DNA of 64,000 nt from an uncultured Gammaproteobacteria bacterium (GTDB lineage Bacteria; Patescibacteriota; Microgenomatia; UBA8517). Every line of letters starts with the position of its first letter. The stretch's first letter is position 1. The position numbers and the translations under genes are program-made. The notes under the pieces were generated by a model. It was not told the DNA's origin. It did not search any database and saw only the letters and a list, made by a program, of their open reading frames with translations. Where the stretch lies: positions 8,411-72,410 of the forward strand of contig OZ246419.1 of assembly GCA_965231135.1 (NCBI GenBank), in the 5' to 3' direction. Shown piece after piece: positions 10,801 to 20,240 of the stretch.

Positions 10801-11338
10801 GGATTAACTTTTGTATAGTCCAATTTATAACAGGTTTTTCATCAGCTGTGAAGTCTTGTAAAACATACTTGTCTCCAGGAATGCGACCTTTCGATTCACT
10901 TTGTTCACTCAAGGCCTGACGGTTTTCAATTCCAATTCTAATTCTTCCAAATTGATCAGTTCCTAATTCATCGATAATACTTTGAATGCCATTATGGACT
11001 TTTGGACCTTTTCCAAACTGGATTTTATATTCACCGAGGGCTATATCTAAATCATCGTGAACGATATATAGATCTTTTAAATCTAATTTATATGCATCAA
11101 CTAATTTTTTAACTGAAATACCTGAATCGTTCATATACTTTAAGGGCTTTGCAAGACATGCAAACGGAGAATAATCCCAAATAATGCTTTGTAGAAATTT
11201 TTCAGAATTTGCTCCTGGTTTTCTTTTATATTTTGTTTTAAGGTTTTCGTTCATTGCGTCAATAAATTTGTAGCCAATGTTATGACGAGTATTAAAATAT
11301 TTGGCTTCTGGATTTCCAAGACCAACAAGAAGTTTCAT
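10766..11338 (-). CDS. pth: peptidyl-tRNA hydrolase
   Basis: Has the N-terminal MKLLVGLGNPEAKYFNTRHNIGYKFID and a catalytic His region. Confidence 0.9.
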   Translation of the reverse strand: MKLLVGLGNPEAKYFNTRHNIGYKFIDAMNENLKTKYKRKPGANSEKFLQSIIWDYSPFACLAKPLKYMNDSGISVKKLVDAYKLDLKDLYIVHDDLDIALGEYKIQFGKGPKVHNGIQSIIDELGTDQFGRIRIGIENRQALSEQSESKGRIPGDKYVLQDFTADEKPVINWTIQKLIHDEFFESLRYA

Positions 11339-11383
11339 ATGGGTATTGTAACAGAAAACGAATTTGTATATATTATTTAAATT

Positions 11384-11692
11384 ATGACAGTTGAAGGAAC
11401 TTATGAGAAATCTGTGAGATCTTATAACATTTATTGTGATTTTTTGGACACAGCTATAGACGTAACATTTCCCGGATTAATACAAAGACTAAAAGAACTT
11501 TCAAAACTTGATTGGGAGGAAGGATTGGATCTTGGGCTTGCTAAACTTGAAGCTCGAGATTCATTAAAAGCAAATGGAACTTTTAATGAGGAGGAGATGC
11601 GAGAAAAAGCCTGTCAATTAGTTTACGAAGATGAACAGACCATACAAGATGCAATTAATGAATATAGACAGAGTTTGAGTAACTCCAGTTAA
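11384..11692 (+). CDS. hypothetical protein
   Basis: ORF with a plausible TTGTAA/TATATT promoter-like upstream region. Confidence 0.4.
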   Translation: MTVEGTYEKSVRSYNIYCDFLDTAIDVTFPGLIQRLKELSKLDWEEGLDLGLAKLEARDSLKANGTFNEEEMREKACQLVYEDEQTIQDAINEYRQSLSNSS

Positions 11693-11708
11693 TTGGGCAG
11701 GAATTAAA

Positions 11709-11957
11709 TTATTCTACGAATTCATGAAAAGGAATGTTTCTTGTTGCTTGTCCCATTACGATTCCTTTTGATGCACAGATTCGATATGAATGTGCTATTT
11801 GGAAATTATGTCTTTTGTCTTGTTCATCGGTATCTCTTTGAAAAGTTTTAACTACTTTGACGTATTCTGGGTTGGTTAAATGTCTAAGAGAAAAATCAAA
11901 AGCAATTTTTAAGTCGCTTTCTGTTGTTAAATTAAATGGTTTATGTTTTTCCATCAA
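11709..11957 (-). CDS. hypothetical protein
   Basis: Rests on the ORF alone. Confidence 0.4.
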   Translation of the reverse strand: MMEKHKPFNLTTESDLKIAFDFSLRHLTNPEYVKVVKTFQRDTDEQDKRHNFQIAHSYRICASKGIVMGQATRNIPFHEFVE

Positions 11958-12145
11958 TAGTTATTTCTTTGCTACACAAACTTACTATTCCATTTATTAA
12001 GATGTCTGAATTAGTTTGTATTATATCTTCCTGTGTTGTTGTTTGAGGTCTAAATTCTCTGGCAGATTCTTTTGTTTTAAAAGAATTTCTTCTTGTTCGT
12101 TGATCTGAAAAACATGCTCATGATAGTGAATATTATATTCTTGAC

Positions 12146-14038
12146 TCATTTATTCTCACCTGCCTTGGACTTATTTTTATCTCCAACTATTTTTTCAAAT
12201 TGATCACGGTCTAGAGTTTCGTCTTTTAATAAGCTTAAAGCAACTGCGTCTAATTTCTTTCTTTCTTTTTTCAAAACTGCAACTGCGGTTTTATGAGCGG
12301 TATCCATAAACTTTTTAACTTCCAAATCAATTTTTTCCTGCATAGCTGGTGAAACACTTGAAGCTTCGGTCCAGTTTACATTTCCAAAGTCATCATAACC
12401 TGTTTGGGCACCCATATTGATTGGGCCTAAATCGCTCATTCCAAAATCTGTGACCATGGCTCTTGCAAGTCTTGTGGCATTTTCAATGTCATTGCTCGCT
12501 CCTGCAGTTATATCGTTAAATATAATTTCTTCAGCAGCCCGGCCTCCCATCATTGCTGCAAGCTGTGCTTCAAAATGTTTTTTAGTTTCATGAGTGCGAT
12601 CTGCTGCTGGCGGAATTAAGGTGTGACCTAAACTCATACCGCGTGCCACAATTGAAATTCTATGAACTGGATCCATATTGGGAATTGAATTTGTGACAAT
12701 AGCATGGCCGCCTTCATGATAAGCAGTAATACGCCTATCTTCTTCACTTTGAAGACGATGCCTCGCTGGGCCCATTTTAACTTTAGTTGCAGCTTCTTCT
12801 ACATCTTCCATATTAATTTCTTTTTTGTCTGCACGAGCTGCAGCAATTGCTGCTTCATTTAGCATATTTTCCAAATCAGCTCCTGAAAAACCAACTGTAC
12901 GGTCTGCAATTCTGTCCCAATTAATATCTTTGACAAATTTTTTACCACGAGCATGAATTTGCAAAATTGCTTTTCTGCCGTCTTTATCTGGCATATCAAG
13001 AGTAATTCTTCTATCAAAACGGCCAGGCCTTAAAAGCGCCGGATCAAGCAAATCTCCACGATTGGTTGCTGCCATAACAATAACATTGTCATTTGGAGTG
13101 AAGCCGTCCATTTCTACCAAGATTTGATTTAAAGTTTGTTCTCTTTCATCATGACCGCCGACAAAACCGCTTCGACCTCGTTGACGGCCAATTGCATCAA
13201 TTTCATCGATAAAAATTATAGAAGGAGCAGCTGCTTTGGCATTTGCAAATAAATCTCTAACGCGGCTTGCACCAACTCCAACAAGCATTTCCATAAATTC
13301 AGAACCTGCCATGCTGAAAAACGGAACATTTGCTTCACCTGCTACTGCTCTTGCAAGCAAAGTTTTTCCAACTCCTGCCGGGCCAAATAATAAAACTCCT
13401 TTTGGAGTCCTGGCACCAATAGCGCGGTATTTTGCAGGATGTTTTAGAAAATCAACAATTTCTTCTAATTCTTTTTTGGCTTCATCAACTCCTGCAACAT
13501 CTTTAAAAGTAATAGTTTGTTTGCCTTTAGCAAATAATTTTGCCTTACTTCTTCCAAAGGAAAAAATGTCTCCTGCATTTCTGGTTTGCATTCTAAAAAG
13601 TAAATAAATAATTCCGCCTGTGAATAAAACCGGTAAAACAATTCCTGCAACATCGCCAAGAGTTTTACTTATTGTTTGGTCTTGAATAGTGTAATTTACA
13701 CTTGAAGGATCGATGTTTGCTCTGCTTAAAATTTCTGTAAAGCTAATTGTGTCTTCTTTGGTTGCAGTCTTTGTACTGCCGTTTTTGTAATCAAAAGTTA
13801 AAGTATCATTATCAACTTCAACTTTACTTACTTTTCCACCTTTAATATCATCTAAGCCTACCGATAAAGGAATTTCTGAACTTTGGATTTGATTCTGGAA
13901 AAAAGCTAAAACAAAAGGAGCAATCGTTAGGAAAATTAAAATTGCAATACCAACTCGAAATAAATTTATTTTTACTTTGATGCCTTTCTGGGGAATCTTG
14001 GGAATTTTTGAATTATTTTTTTTATTTTCGTCTTCCAT
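12146..14038 (-). CDS. ftsH: ATP-dependent zinc metalloprotease FtsH
   Basis: Has an N-terminal TM, the AAA+ Walker A GPAGVGKT, the SRH region, the zinc motif HEGGHA and an FtsH C-terminal domain. Confidence 0.95.
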   Translation of the reverse strand: MEDENKKNNSKIPKIPQKGIKVKINLFRVGIAILIFLTIAPFVLAFFQNQIQSSEIPLSVGLDDIKGGKVSKVEVDNDTLTFDYKNGSTKTATKEDTISFTEILSRANIDPSSVNYTIQDQTISKTLGDVAGIVLPVLFTGGIIYLLFRMQTRNAGDIFSFGRSKAKLFAKGKQTITFKDVAGVDEAKKELEEIVDFLKHPAKYRAIGARTPKGVLLFGPAGVGKTLLARAVAGEANVPFFSMAGSEFMEMLVGVGASRVRDLFANAKAAAPSIIFIDEIDAIGRQRGRSGFVGGHDEREQTLNQILVEMDGFTPNDNVIVMAATNRGDLLDPALLRPGRFDRRITLDMPDKDGRKAILQIHARGKKFVKDINWDRIADRTVGFSGADLENMLNEAAIAAARADKKEINMEDVEEAATKVKMGPARHRLQSEEDRRITAYHEGGHAIVTNSIPNMDPVHRISIVARGMSLGHTLIPPAADRTHETKKHFEAQLAAMMGGRAAEEIIFNDITAGASNDIENATRLARAMVTDFGMSDLGPINMGAQTGYDDFGNVNWTEASSVSPAMQEKIDLEVKKFMDTAHKTAVAVLKKERKKLDAVALSLLKDETLDRDQFEKIVGDKNKSKAGENK

Positions 14039-14098
14039 AATTTATTAAAAGCTAAGCTTGCGAGAGTTATATTAGCACACAAAGTAGACAAGCGCTAG

Positions 14099-14467
14099 TT
14101 AGAGTACTTTACTGCCGTTTTCCACTTTTTCTTTTAGATTAAATAAAGCTGGTTTGTCTTCTTCTGTCTCGCCAGTAGAGACTGCCATGAGCATTCCATT
14201 ACTATAATCTCCTTGCGGTCCTATCTTTTTGGGAACTAAATTTACAACAAATGGAAATTGTTTATTTTCCAAATCTTTGGCTTTATAAAACTTCATAATT
14301 CCAGAAAAAATAATTTTCTCACCAATTTCTGATCCAAAATCAATTGTAAGCTTTATTACCCAATGAGACCACTCTGGCACTTCTGCTTTTTTTACAGTTC
14401 CAATTCTAATATCAACTTTGCCAAAATCCTGAATTGTAATGTGATCCATATTATTTATTAACGACAA
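14099..14467 (-). CDS. tRNA-binding protein (CsaA/YgjH/Trbp111-like OB-fold)
   Basis: Shows the EMAP-II/Myf-domain pattern (DIRIGTVKKAE..., SNGMLMA). Its start overlaps the trpS stop by 17 nt. Confidence 0.65.
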   Translation of the reverse strand: MSLINNMDHITIQDFGKVDIRIGTVKKAEVPEWSHWVIKLTIDFGSEIGEKIIFSGIMKFYKAKDLENKQFPFVVNLVPKKIGPQGDYSNGMLMAVSTGETEEDKPALFNLKEKVENGSKVL

Positions 14468-15440
14468 AACCTAATTTCTTATATGTTTCTTGTAATTTTG
14501 GATGAGAAAGTTTAAATGATTTCTCGCTTCCTGCTTTTAATATTTCTAGAACTTTATTATTATCGTCAAATTCACTGTATTTTTCCTGAAAATCTGAAAG
14601 AAAATCGCCAACAATAATTGAAACTGCTTCTTTAAATTCTTTATATGACTTACCAGCAAATTCACTTTCAATTTCTTCGATGCTTTGGCCTGATAATTGA
14701 TTCATAATTTCTATTAAATTAGAAATTCCCGGTTTTTCTTTCCAATTATATTTAATTTGATTATCGCTATCAGTTGTTGCTGACATAATTTTTTTCTTTG
14801 CAATTGATGGATCATCTAATAAATAAATAGTTGCATTTGGATTAGTATCTGATTTGCTCATTTTTTTAGTTGGATCAACTAAGCTCATGATTCTACCTCC
14901 TGCGGACGGAATCACTGGCTTAGGAATTACAAAAGTTTCACCGAACTTTGAATTAAAGCGCTCAGCAATATCTCTTGTTAATTCAACATGTTGTTTTTGG
15001 TCTTCGCCTACTGGAACTTCTGTCGTGTCATACAACAAAATATCTGCTGCCATTAAGGCTGGATAATCAAAAAGTCCAGCGCTTACAAAATCTTTTCCTT
15101 CGCTTTTGTCTTTATACTGAGTCATGCGATTAAGTTGGCCCATTGAAACGAAGCAATTTAGAATCCAACCAAGATTTGCATGGTCCGGGTTATGAGATTG
15201 AAGAAATAAAATATTTTTATCCGGATCAATTCCTGATGCCAAATAAATTTTTGCTAATTCTAAAGATTTGCTATGCAACTTTTCTGGCTCCTGCGGAACT
15301 GTGATTGCATGCATATCCACAATGCAAAAAATATTTAACCCATCATTTTGGCCTTTGACCCATTGACTAATAGAGCCGATATAATTTCCAATGTGAAGAT
15401 TTCCAGATGGCTGAATACCCGAGAAAACAATTTTGTCCAT
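14451..15440 (-). CDS. trpS: tryptophan--tRNA ligase
   Basis: Class I HIGH motif (SGIQPSGNLHIGNYIG) and KMSKS are both present; size is 329 aa. Confidence 0.9.
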   Translation of the reverse strand: MDKIVFSGIQPSGNLHIGNYIGSISQWVKGQNDGLNIFCIVDMHAITVPQEPEKLHSKSLELAKIYLASGIDPDKNILFLQSHNPDHANLGWILNCFVSMGQLNRMTQYKDKSEGKDFVSAGLFDYPALMAADILLYDTTEVPVGEDQKQHVELTRDIAERFNSKFGETFVIPKPVIPSAGGRIMSLVDPTKKMSKSDTNPNATIYLLDDPSIAKKKIMSATTDSDNQIKYNWKEKPGISNLIEIMNQLSGQSIEEIESEFAGKSYKEFKEAVSIIVGDFLSDFQEKYSEFDDNNKVLEILKAGSEKSFKLSHPKLQETYKKLGFVVNK

Positions 15441-15476
15441 GACCTGATTGTAATTGATTGAAGGAAGAATTGGAAG

Positions 15477-15761
15477 TTATCTTTCTTTAGAAAACGGCAA
15501 CATCTTTGCGAACAAGTCTTGGTCTCGGTAAATCGGCAACGAACCACCGGTTCTTTCATGGTGCATTTGTAAATATCTGTAAATGTGATTTCCGTCATTA
15601 TTAGAAAGAGCTGGGTATGTTAATTTATCTCCTTCTTTGAAATTAAAAAGTCGAGATTCTTTGTTTATTCTTTCTGCTCCTTCTTTTGAAAAGACAAATT
15701 GTGTCCCTTTTTTAGGTTTAATTGTTTCGCTTTCTAAAAAATCGTTAATACTTGGTGACAT
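15477..15761 (-). CDS. hypothetical protein (start adjusted to an internal Met)
   Basis: The listed ORF (to 15806) begins with a TTG lying inside the tRNA acceptor stem, so I moved the start to the first in-frame ATG (MSPSIND...). I recognise no motif. Confidence 0.3.
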   Translation of the reverse strand: MSPSINDFLESETIKPKKGTQFVFSKEGAERINKESRLFNFKEGDKLTYPALSNNDGNHIYRYLQMHHERTGGSLPIYRDQDLFAKMLPFSKER

Positions 15762-15800
15762 TAGTTGAAGTATAGAATTTATTTTACTGAAATCAAATAG

Positions 15801-15873
15801 TGCCAACGGGTAGAATCGGACTACCGACCGCAGCGTTATGAATGCTGTGCTCTAACCACTGAGCTACGTTGGC
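15801..15873 (-). tRNA. tRNA with anticodon CAT (elongator tRNA-Met or lysidine-type tRNA-Ile2)
   Basis: I folded it by eye. The 7-bp acceptor stem is GCCAACG/CGTTGGC with discriminator A. The D-arm is GCTC-AGTGGTTA-GAGC, the anticodon loop is TTCATAA and the T-arm is GGTAG-TCCGATT-CTACC. G1-C72 is paired, so it is not an initiator. No encoded CCA. Confidence 0.7.
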
Positions 15874-15900
15874 AATAAGCGTATTTTACTAAAAAAAGAG

Positions 15901-16353
15901 TTAAATTCCTAACTTTTCTTTATAAAGTTTAAGGAACAGTGGAAATTGAGAATGAATTTCTTTTGGTAAATCTTTAACAGAAAACATTTTTACGTCATCA
16001 AATTTATGCGGTTCGCCATTTTTTACTTTTGAAGGATCGATTAGAACTTTAAAATCTAAAGCAATCCAATGAGTTGGTTTATTGTTATTAATTCTATGAA
16101 CATCTCTATATCCTAAAAATTCGTAATCCAAAACATCTGTGCCATATTCTTGTTGTATTTCTTGTCTTAAGGTATTTTCAACGGTATCACCAAATTCAAT
16201 TCCACCGCCGCCAATATCCCATACTCCTTTTTCGTCTCTTGCGTTTTGTCCTCTTTTTGACATAACGACGTTTCCTTTGCCATCATGGCAGAAAAAAACT
16301 ACGCAATTTCCTATGAAGTCCTCACCTTTTTTAAGTTCTTTCACCTCAATCAT
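15901..16353 (-). CDS. NUDIX hydrolase
   Basis: Carries the Nudix box GGGIEFGDTVENTLRQEIQQEYG. Confidence 0.85.
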   Translation of the reverse strand: MIEVKELKKGEDFIGNCVVFFCHDGKGNVVMSKRGQNARDEKGVWDIGGGGIEFGDTVENTLRQEIQQEYGTDVLDYEFLGYRDVHRINNNKPTHWIALDFKVLIDPSKVKNGEPHKFDDVKMFSVKDLPKEIHSQFPLFLKLYKEKLGI

Positions 16354-16442
16354 TCGTGTTGCGGGGCTAGGAGTTGCGCCTAGCCTGAGAGATTATGAGC
16401 CTCCCGTGCACTGTACACTACCCCGCATGTGAGCGTATTATA
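16354..16442 (-). other. GC-rich structured intergenic element; noncanonical tRNA-like cloverleaf (possible degenerate tRNA or ncRNA)
   Basis: This stretch is about 60% GC in a ~35% GC genome. The minus strand folds into an acceptor-like GCGGGGT/GCCCCGC stem and a 5-bp arm with the loop CTCATAA. It also has a perfect CTAGG-CGCAACT-CCTAG hairpin, but lacks canonical D- and T-loops. Confidence 0.3.
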
Positions 16443-16808
16443 TCACAAAAATAGCTTCAACCAATCACGCCAAACTGGATCTGGGAGAGAATAAGTCTTA
16501 ACTTCTACTTTTGGGGCAAGAGCTTTGAGACTATTTTCATCGGGAAGAACCACTACAATTTCCCCTTTTTTGGCTAAACCAAGTTTATCCCGAGCTTGAC
16601 TTTCGATAAATTGCGGGGTTTGGACGCTTTGAAGCTCACTATTTAAAATTTCGTTTTGCTTTTGGAGTGCTATTACTTTTACTTCTTCATCAGTTATTTT
16701 ACTTCCAGAACCAGTGATTTTTACAATACTTTTGATAAGAGAAAAAGCCAATAAAACGGCTAAAAAAAGCGATAAAACTTGTAATAATGATTTGATTCTG
16801 GTTAACAT
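16443..16808 (-). CDS. septum formation initiator family protein (FtsB/DivIC-like)
   Basis: Has an N-terminal TM, a coiled coil and a conserved ARDKLGLAKKGEIVVV motif. Confidence 0.6.
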   Translation of the reverse strand: MLTRIKSLLQVLSLFLAVLLAFSLIKSIVKITGSGSKITDEEVKVIALQKQNEILNSELQSVQTPQFIESQARDKLGLAKKGEIVVVLPDENSLKALAPKVEVKTYSLPDPVWRDWLKLFL

Positions 16809-16826
16809 TGTGCTAATATATAGGAT

Positions 16827-17690
16827 ATGGCGAACACAGAGCCTATTAATAATATATTACCTAAATTTATCGATGATTTAAAAGAGAAACATCGATCACC
16901 TGCTACTATTTTAGCTTACAGAGCAGACCTTGACCAGTTAATTAATTATTTGACTGAAAAGAATAAGGCTATGCCTGAAAATGTTAAAAAAGAGGATATT
17001 GAAGGATTTAGGGATTATTTGCTTTCACAAAAATATACACCAAAATCTACAAGCCGAAAATTAAACGCTGTAAAGACCTTTTTTAGGTGGATGGTTGAGA
17101 AACAAATAATTTTGGTTGACCCAAGCAAAGAAGTAACTCATCCAAAATTAACTGTAAGTAATCCAAAGTTTTTGAGTGAACTTGAGTATAGAGCACTTCG
17201 AGATGTAGTACGAGCAGACAGACGAATTGCAACAATTGTAGAACTTATTTTACAAACAGGACTTCGTATTTCAGAGGTCGCAAACTTAAAAGTTGCAAAC
17301 GTTAAAGATGCAGAGATAACTATTGAAGCATACGCAACACAACCAACCAGAAACGTGCCTTTAAATAAACTTGCAAAAATGGCATTAACAAACTATTTAA
17401 TTGAAGTTCCAAAAGATTCTACTTTTGTTTTTATAAGCAAAAACGGGAAGCAACTTGCTATCAGGAATATTCGCGCTTCGGTTGACAGATATATTCAAAA
17501 AGCTGGAATTGGAAAATTTTCAGTAAATGACTTAAGAACAACTTTTATTATTGAAAACTTAAAGCGCGGAGTTGATTTGGTTACTATAAGTCAAGTTGCA
17601 GGACACAAAAGACTTTCTACAACAGAGCGCTATTTGGAACTTGTTGAGATAAAAGAAACAGGAAAGAAACAGTACCTTGAAGAACTTTAA
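16827..17690 (+). CDS. site-specific tyrosine recombinase, XerC/XerD-like
   Basis: Has an N-terminal SAM-like domain (ATILAYRADLDQL) and C-terminal catalytic residues (GLRISEV, HKRLSTTERY); 287 aa. Confidence 0.8.
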   Translation: MANTEPINNILPKFIDDLKEKHRSPATILAYRADLDQLINYLTEKNKAMPENVKKEDIEGFRDYLLSQKYTPKSTSRKLNAVKTFFRWMVEKQIILVDPSKEVTHPKLTVSNPKFLSELEYRALRDVVRADRRIATIVELILQTGLRISEVANLKVANVKDAEITIEAYATQPTRNVPLNKLAKMALTNYLIEVPKDSTFVFISKNGKQLAIRNIRASVDRYIQKAGIGKFSVNDLRTTFIIENLKRGVDLVTISQVAGHKRLSTTERYLELVEIKETGKKQYLEEL

Positions 17691-18019
17691 TTGTTAACTT
17701 TTGAGAGAAACTGACGAGCAAATTTTCCCAAAACTGGGATTTCCCATTCCTCTCCTTGCCAGGCCTTGTAAACCAAGACTAACCAAAGAATAAATGCTGC
17801 AATAAAGAAAATTGGAGCGAAAAATAAGAGAATAATTGTAAATCCAAGAACCATCCAAATTAAAGTAGTTGCAACCCAGAAAACGATTGATTGCATAGCG
17901 TGAAACCTGACGTATTTATCTTTTTCGATCATTAAAAATGCTATTCCGCCAAGAAGAGGGATAATGTAGCTAAGTGCTGCTTCTTCGTTTTTACCTAAAC
18001 CTGTTGGGTTTGCTGCCAT
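17687..18019 (-). CDS. small membrane protein (DUF4870-like)
   Basis: Two-TM protein with an FHAMQSIVFW motif. Confidence 0.45.
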   Translation of the reverse strand: MAANPTGLGKNEEAALSYIIPLLGGIAFLMIEKDKYVRFHAMQSIVFWVATTLIWMVLGFTIILLFFAPIFFIAAFILWLVLVYKAWQGEEWEIPVLGKFARQFLSKVNN

Positions 18020-18074
18020 GACTTAATAATAATGACTTGAATGTTGGTTGGTCAAGAGGAAGAATAAAAAAACG

Positions 18075-18083
18075 TGATATAAT
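18075..18083 (+). promoter_or_regulatory. extended -10 element TGATATAAT, 6 nt upstream of the ATG at 18090 (putative leaderless mRNA)
   Basis: Read directly; no SD lies between the -10 and the start codon. Confidence 0.3.
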
Positions 18084-18089
18084 TTCAAC

Positions 18090-18563
18090 ATGAAGAATTC
18101 TAAAAAAGCCATGTTTGTGGCAAATATTGGCTTATACAATGGAGAGTTAGTAGAAGATGTTTGTAATAAATTTGGAATTACCAAGCATACTTTAAAAAAT
18201 TATATCAATCTTTATGGTGGTGGTTGTATAAAAATTAGTAGAGATGGATATTTATCTGTAAGTGAGAGCTGGAACGAGCTTAATTCTATAAATTCTACTG
18301 ATGGTAGTTTTACCAAAAACATACAGATTGCAGAAAGTGCTAATGGAGCACGAGAAAGAATAAAAAATGATATAAATTATTTACCGATTGGCGGACTGGC
18401 GAAAAATCACGACTTACTTAATTTAGGAAGAAGAGATATTGCAGATTTAATATTCACCACTATAGAAGAAATGTTAGAAGCGGATTCTGACGAAGGAAAT
18501 TTGTATATTATTGATGAAATAAGACGAAATGGAACAATTGGTGGTTCGGAGAGATTAGGCTGA
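18090..18563 (+). CDS. hypothetical protein
   Basis: Rests on the ORF alone. Confidence 0.45.
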   Translation: MKNSKKAMFVANIGLYNGELVEDVCNKFGITKHTLKNYINLYGGGCIKISRDGYLSVSESWNELNSINSTDGSFTKNIQIAESANGARERIKNDINYLPIGGLAKNHDLLNLGRRDIADLIFTTIEEMLEADSDEGNLYIIDEIRRNGTIGGSERLG

Positions 18564-20240
18564 TTATTTCTTTTGAAGTTTGTATAAACTTTCAACTTCT
18601 TTTAATGTAGTTGCATCTTTCACTTCTTTGTCATCACGAAAGTTGACGAGGCGAGGGAAACGAAGAGCATACTTACTTGTGTGATTTGGACTAATTGTTA
18701 AATCATCGGCTGCAATTTCAACAACCACTTTTGGCTCGACAAAATAATCTGGCTCCAGTATTTTATTTACCTCATATTCTTTTGGTTTGTCTTTTACTAC
18801 TAACTTTTCCAATCTGGTTTTTAGTTCTTTAAACTGTTCGTCTGTTAAACCAGTTCCAACTTTTGTGATAGTTTTAATCTTGTCACCATCTAAAATTCCT
18901 ACTAAAAATTGGCCAATACCAAAACCTGCTCTTTTCCCTTTTCCGACTGTGTAACCCATGACAACGCAATCAACAGTATCTGATAGTTTACCTTGAGCAG
19001 ACTCGGCCTGCTTCATTTTTACCCATCGCCAACCTGTACGGCCTGGAACATATGTGCTATCTGCTTTTTTGACCATAATTCCCTCTAATCCTTTTTTAAT
19101 ATAATCTTCGTGCAATTTTGCGATTTCTTTTGGATCTGTTGTTGTTATTTCTTCATCGACTTTTAATAATTCGCCTGATTTAACTGTATCTCTTAGGATT
19201 TTTCGCCTTTCTAAATATGGTTTGTCCATTAAATTAACGCCATCTTTATATAAAATATCAAAACAATAAAAATTGGCAGGAATTTTTGTTGCAATTTCTG
19301 CAATATCGTGTTTGCGGCGACGAGTCATTATTGTCTGAAAATCTAAAATCTTTTTTGTTTCTTCATCGATACCAATTCCTTCAGAATCCAAAATTACCTC
19401 CTTTGCTTTTAAATGTTTACTTAGGTTTGCTAATTCTGGAAACATTAGAGAAATATTATGAAGATTTCTAGTGAACGCAAAGTACTCGCCATCTTTAAAA
19501 TGGATTTGGACACGAAGCCCGTCAAATTTTGGCTCAACTGCCACTTCTCCCATTTTTTCCAACATTTCCCGTGGACTATTTAATCTTTGAGCAAGCATGG
19601 GAGAAACTGGAATACCAATTTTGGGAGATGGGTGCATTGGCAGTTCTTTTGCAATCAAACCAATATCGGGCATGACTTCAAAAGCTTTTACAAGGCGTGA
19701 CTTTTTGGATTTGTCACCAAACTTACTAATGGCAAGAGCATCAATAATTGTTTTTTCTGAAAAACCTAATCTTAGTTTTCCAAGAGGAATTCTAGTAATA
19801 AACTTTGCGGAAAGCGGATCAACTGATTTTAGAATATCTGCAATTTTATTAACACGTCTTTCCTGACTACCAACTCCTTCTTCGATTGCCGCTTCGCGCA
19901 ATCGGTTGAACACCTCTGAAACGCTTAAACCACTATCTTTATTTTTGGAAAGTTTTTCTGATACTAGACCAAGATCTCCAAGCTTTTTATATTCATCTTT
20001 AACTTTTTCTATTTTTTCATTAAATGCCAAGGAGATACTTCTAATTATCATCTGGTCTGCAGCATTAAAAACAATTCCTCTGAAACTTGGCGCTAAAATG
20101 CCAAGCGATAAGTATATAACCTTATCGATTTCATTTTTGTCAGATTTTTTTAAAAGATCTGCTAATATATCCGTAATTTTTAATCTGGAAGAAGTTTCTT
20201 CTAATTTCTCGAGATATTTTGAAAATTCATTAAATTTCAT
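18564..20240 (-). CDS. ATP-dependent DNA ligase
   Basis: Has the motif I Lys in EPKFDGLRVQIH, the adenylation-domain motifs (EGIMVKK), and an OB domain. Confidence 0.9.
   Translation of the reverse strand: MKFNEFSKYLEKLEETSSRLKITDILADLLKKSDKNEIDKVIYLSLGILAPSFRGIVFNAADQMIIRSISLAFNEKIEKVKDEYKKLGDLGLVSEKLSKNKDSGLSVSEVFNRLREAAIEEGVGSQERRVNKIADILKSVDPLSAKFITRIPLGKLRLGFSEKTIIDALAISKFGDKSKKSRLVKAFEVMPDIGLIAKELPMHPSPKIGIPVSPMLAQRLNSPREMLEKMGEVAVEPKFDGLRVQIHFKDGEYFAFTRNLHNISLMFPELANLSKHLKAKEVILDSEGIGIDEETKKILDFQTIMTRRRKHDIAEIATKIPANFYCFDILYKDGVNLMDKPYLERRKILRDTVKSGELLKVDEEITTTDPKEIAKLHEDYIKKGLEGIMVKKADSTYVPGRTGWRWVKMKQAESAQGKLSDTVDCVVMGYTVGKGKRAGFGIGQFLVGILDGDKIKTITKVGTGLTDEQFKELKTRLEKLVVKDKPKEYEVNKILEPDYFVEPKVVVEIAADDLTISPNHTSKYALRFPRLVNFRDDKEVKDATTLKEVESLYKLQKK

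Noticed and set aside
12021-12149. 42-aa ORF whose ATG overlaps the ftsH TGA (ATGA)
   Set aside because: Hydrophilic, no motif and no RBS other than the coupling. ATGA overlaps arise by chance in AT-rich DNA, so I left it uncalled.
13236-13607. 123-aa plus-strand ORF inside ftsH (similar cases: 30710..31090 in the TraD-like gene, 34091..34321 in nrdJ, 44439..44984 in the beta-lactamase-like gene, 39208..39761 cluster in the PBP gene)
   Set aside because: All are antisense ORFs within well-supported long genes, so I treat them as artefacts of the six-frame track.
15762-15806. Listed N-terminus of ORF 15477..15806 (TTG start)
   Set aside because: The TTG lies inside the 3' acceptor stem of the tRNA(CAT) at 15801-15873. 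I took the start as the internal ATG, and the whole ORF has low confidence.
16827-18563. Integrase-like gene near tRNA genes as a sign of an integrated mobile element
   Set aside because: The recombinase is XerC/D-sized (287 aa) with Xer-type N- and C-terminal motifs and lies on the 5' side of the tRNA. I found no direct repeat of the tRNA 3' end and the flanks contain no phage or plasmid genes, so it is more likely the chromosomal Xer recombinase.
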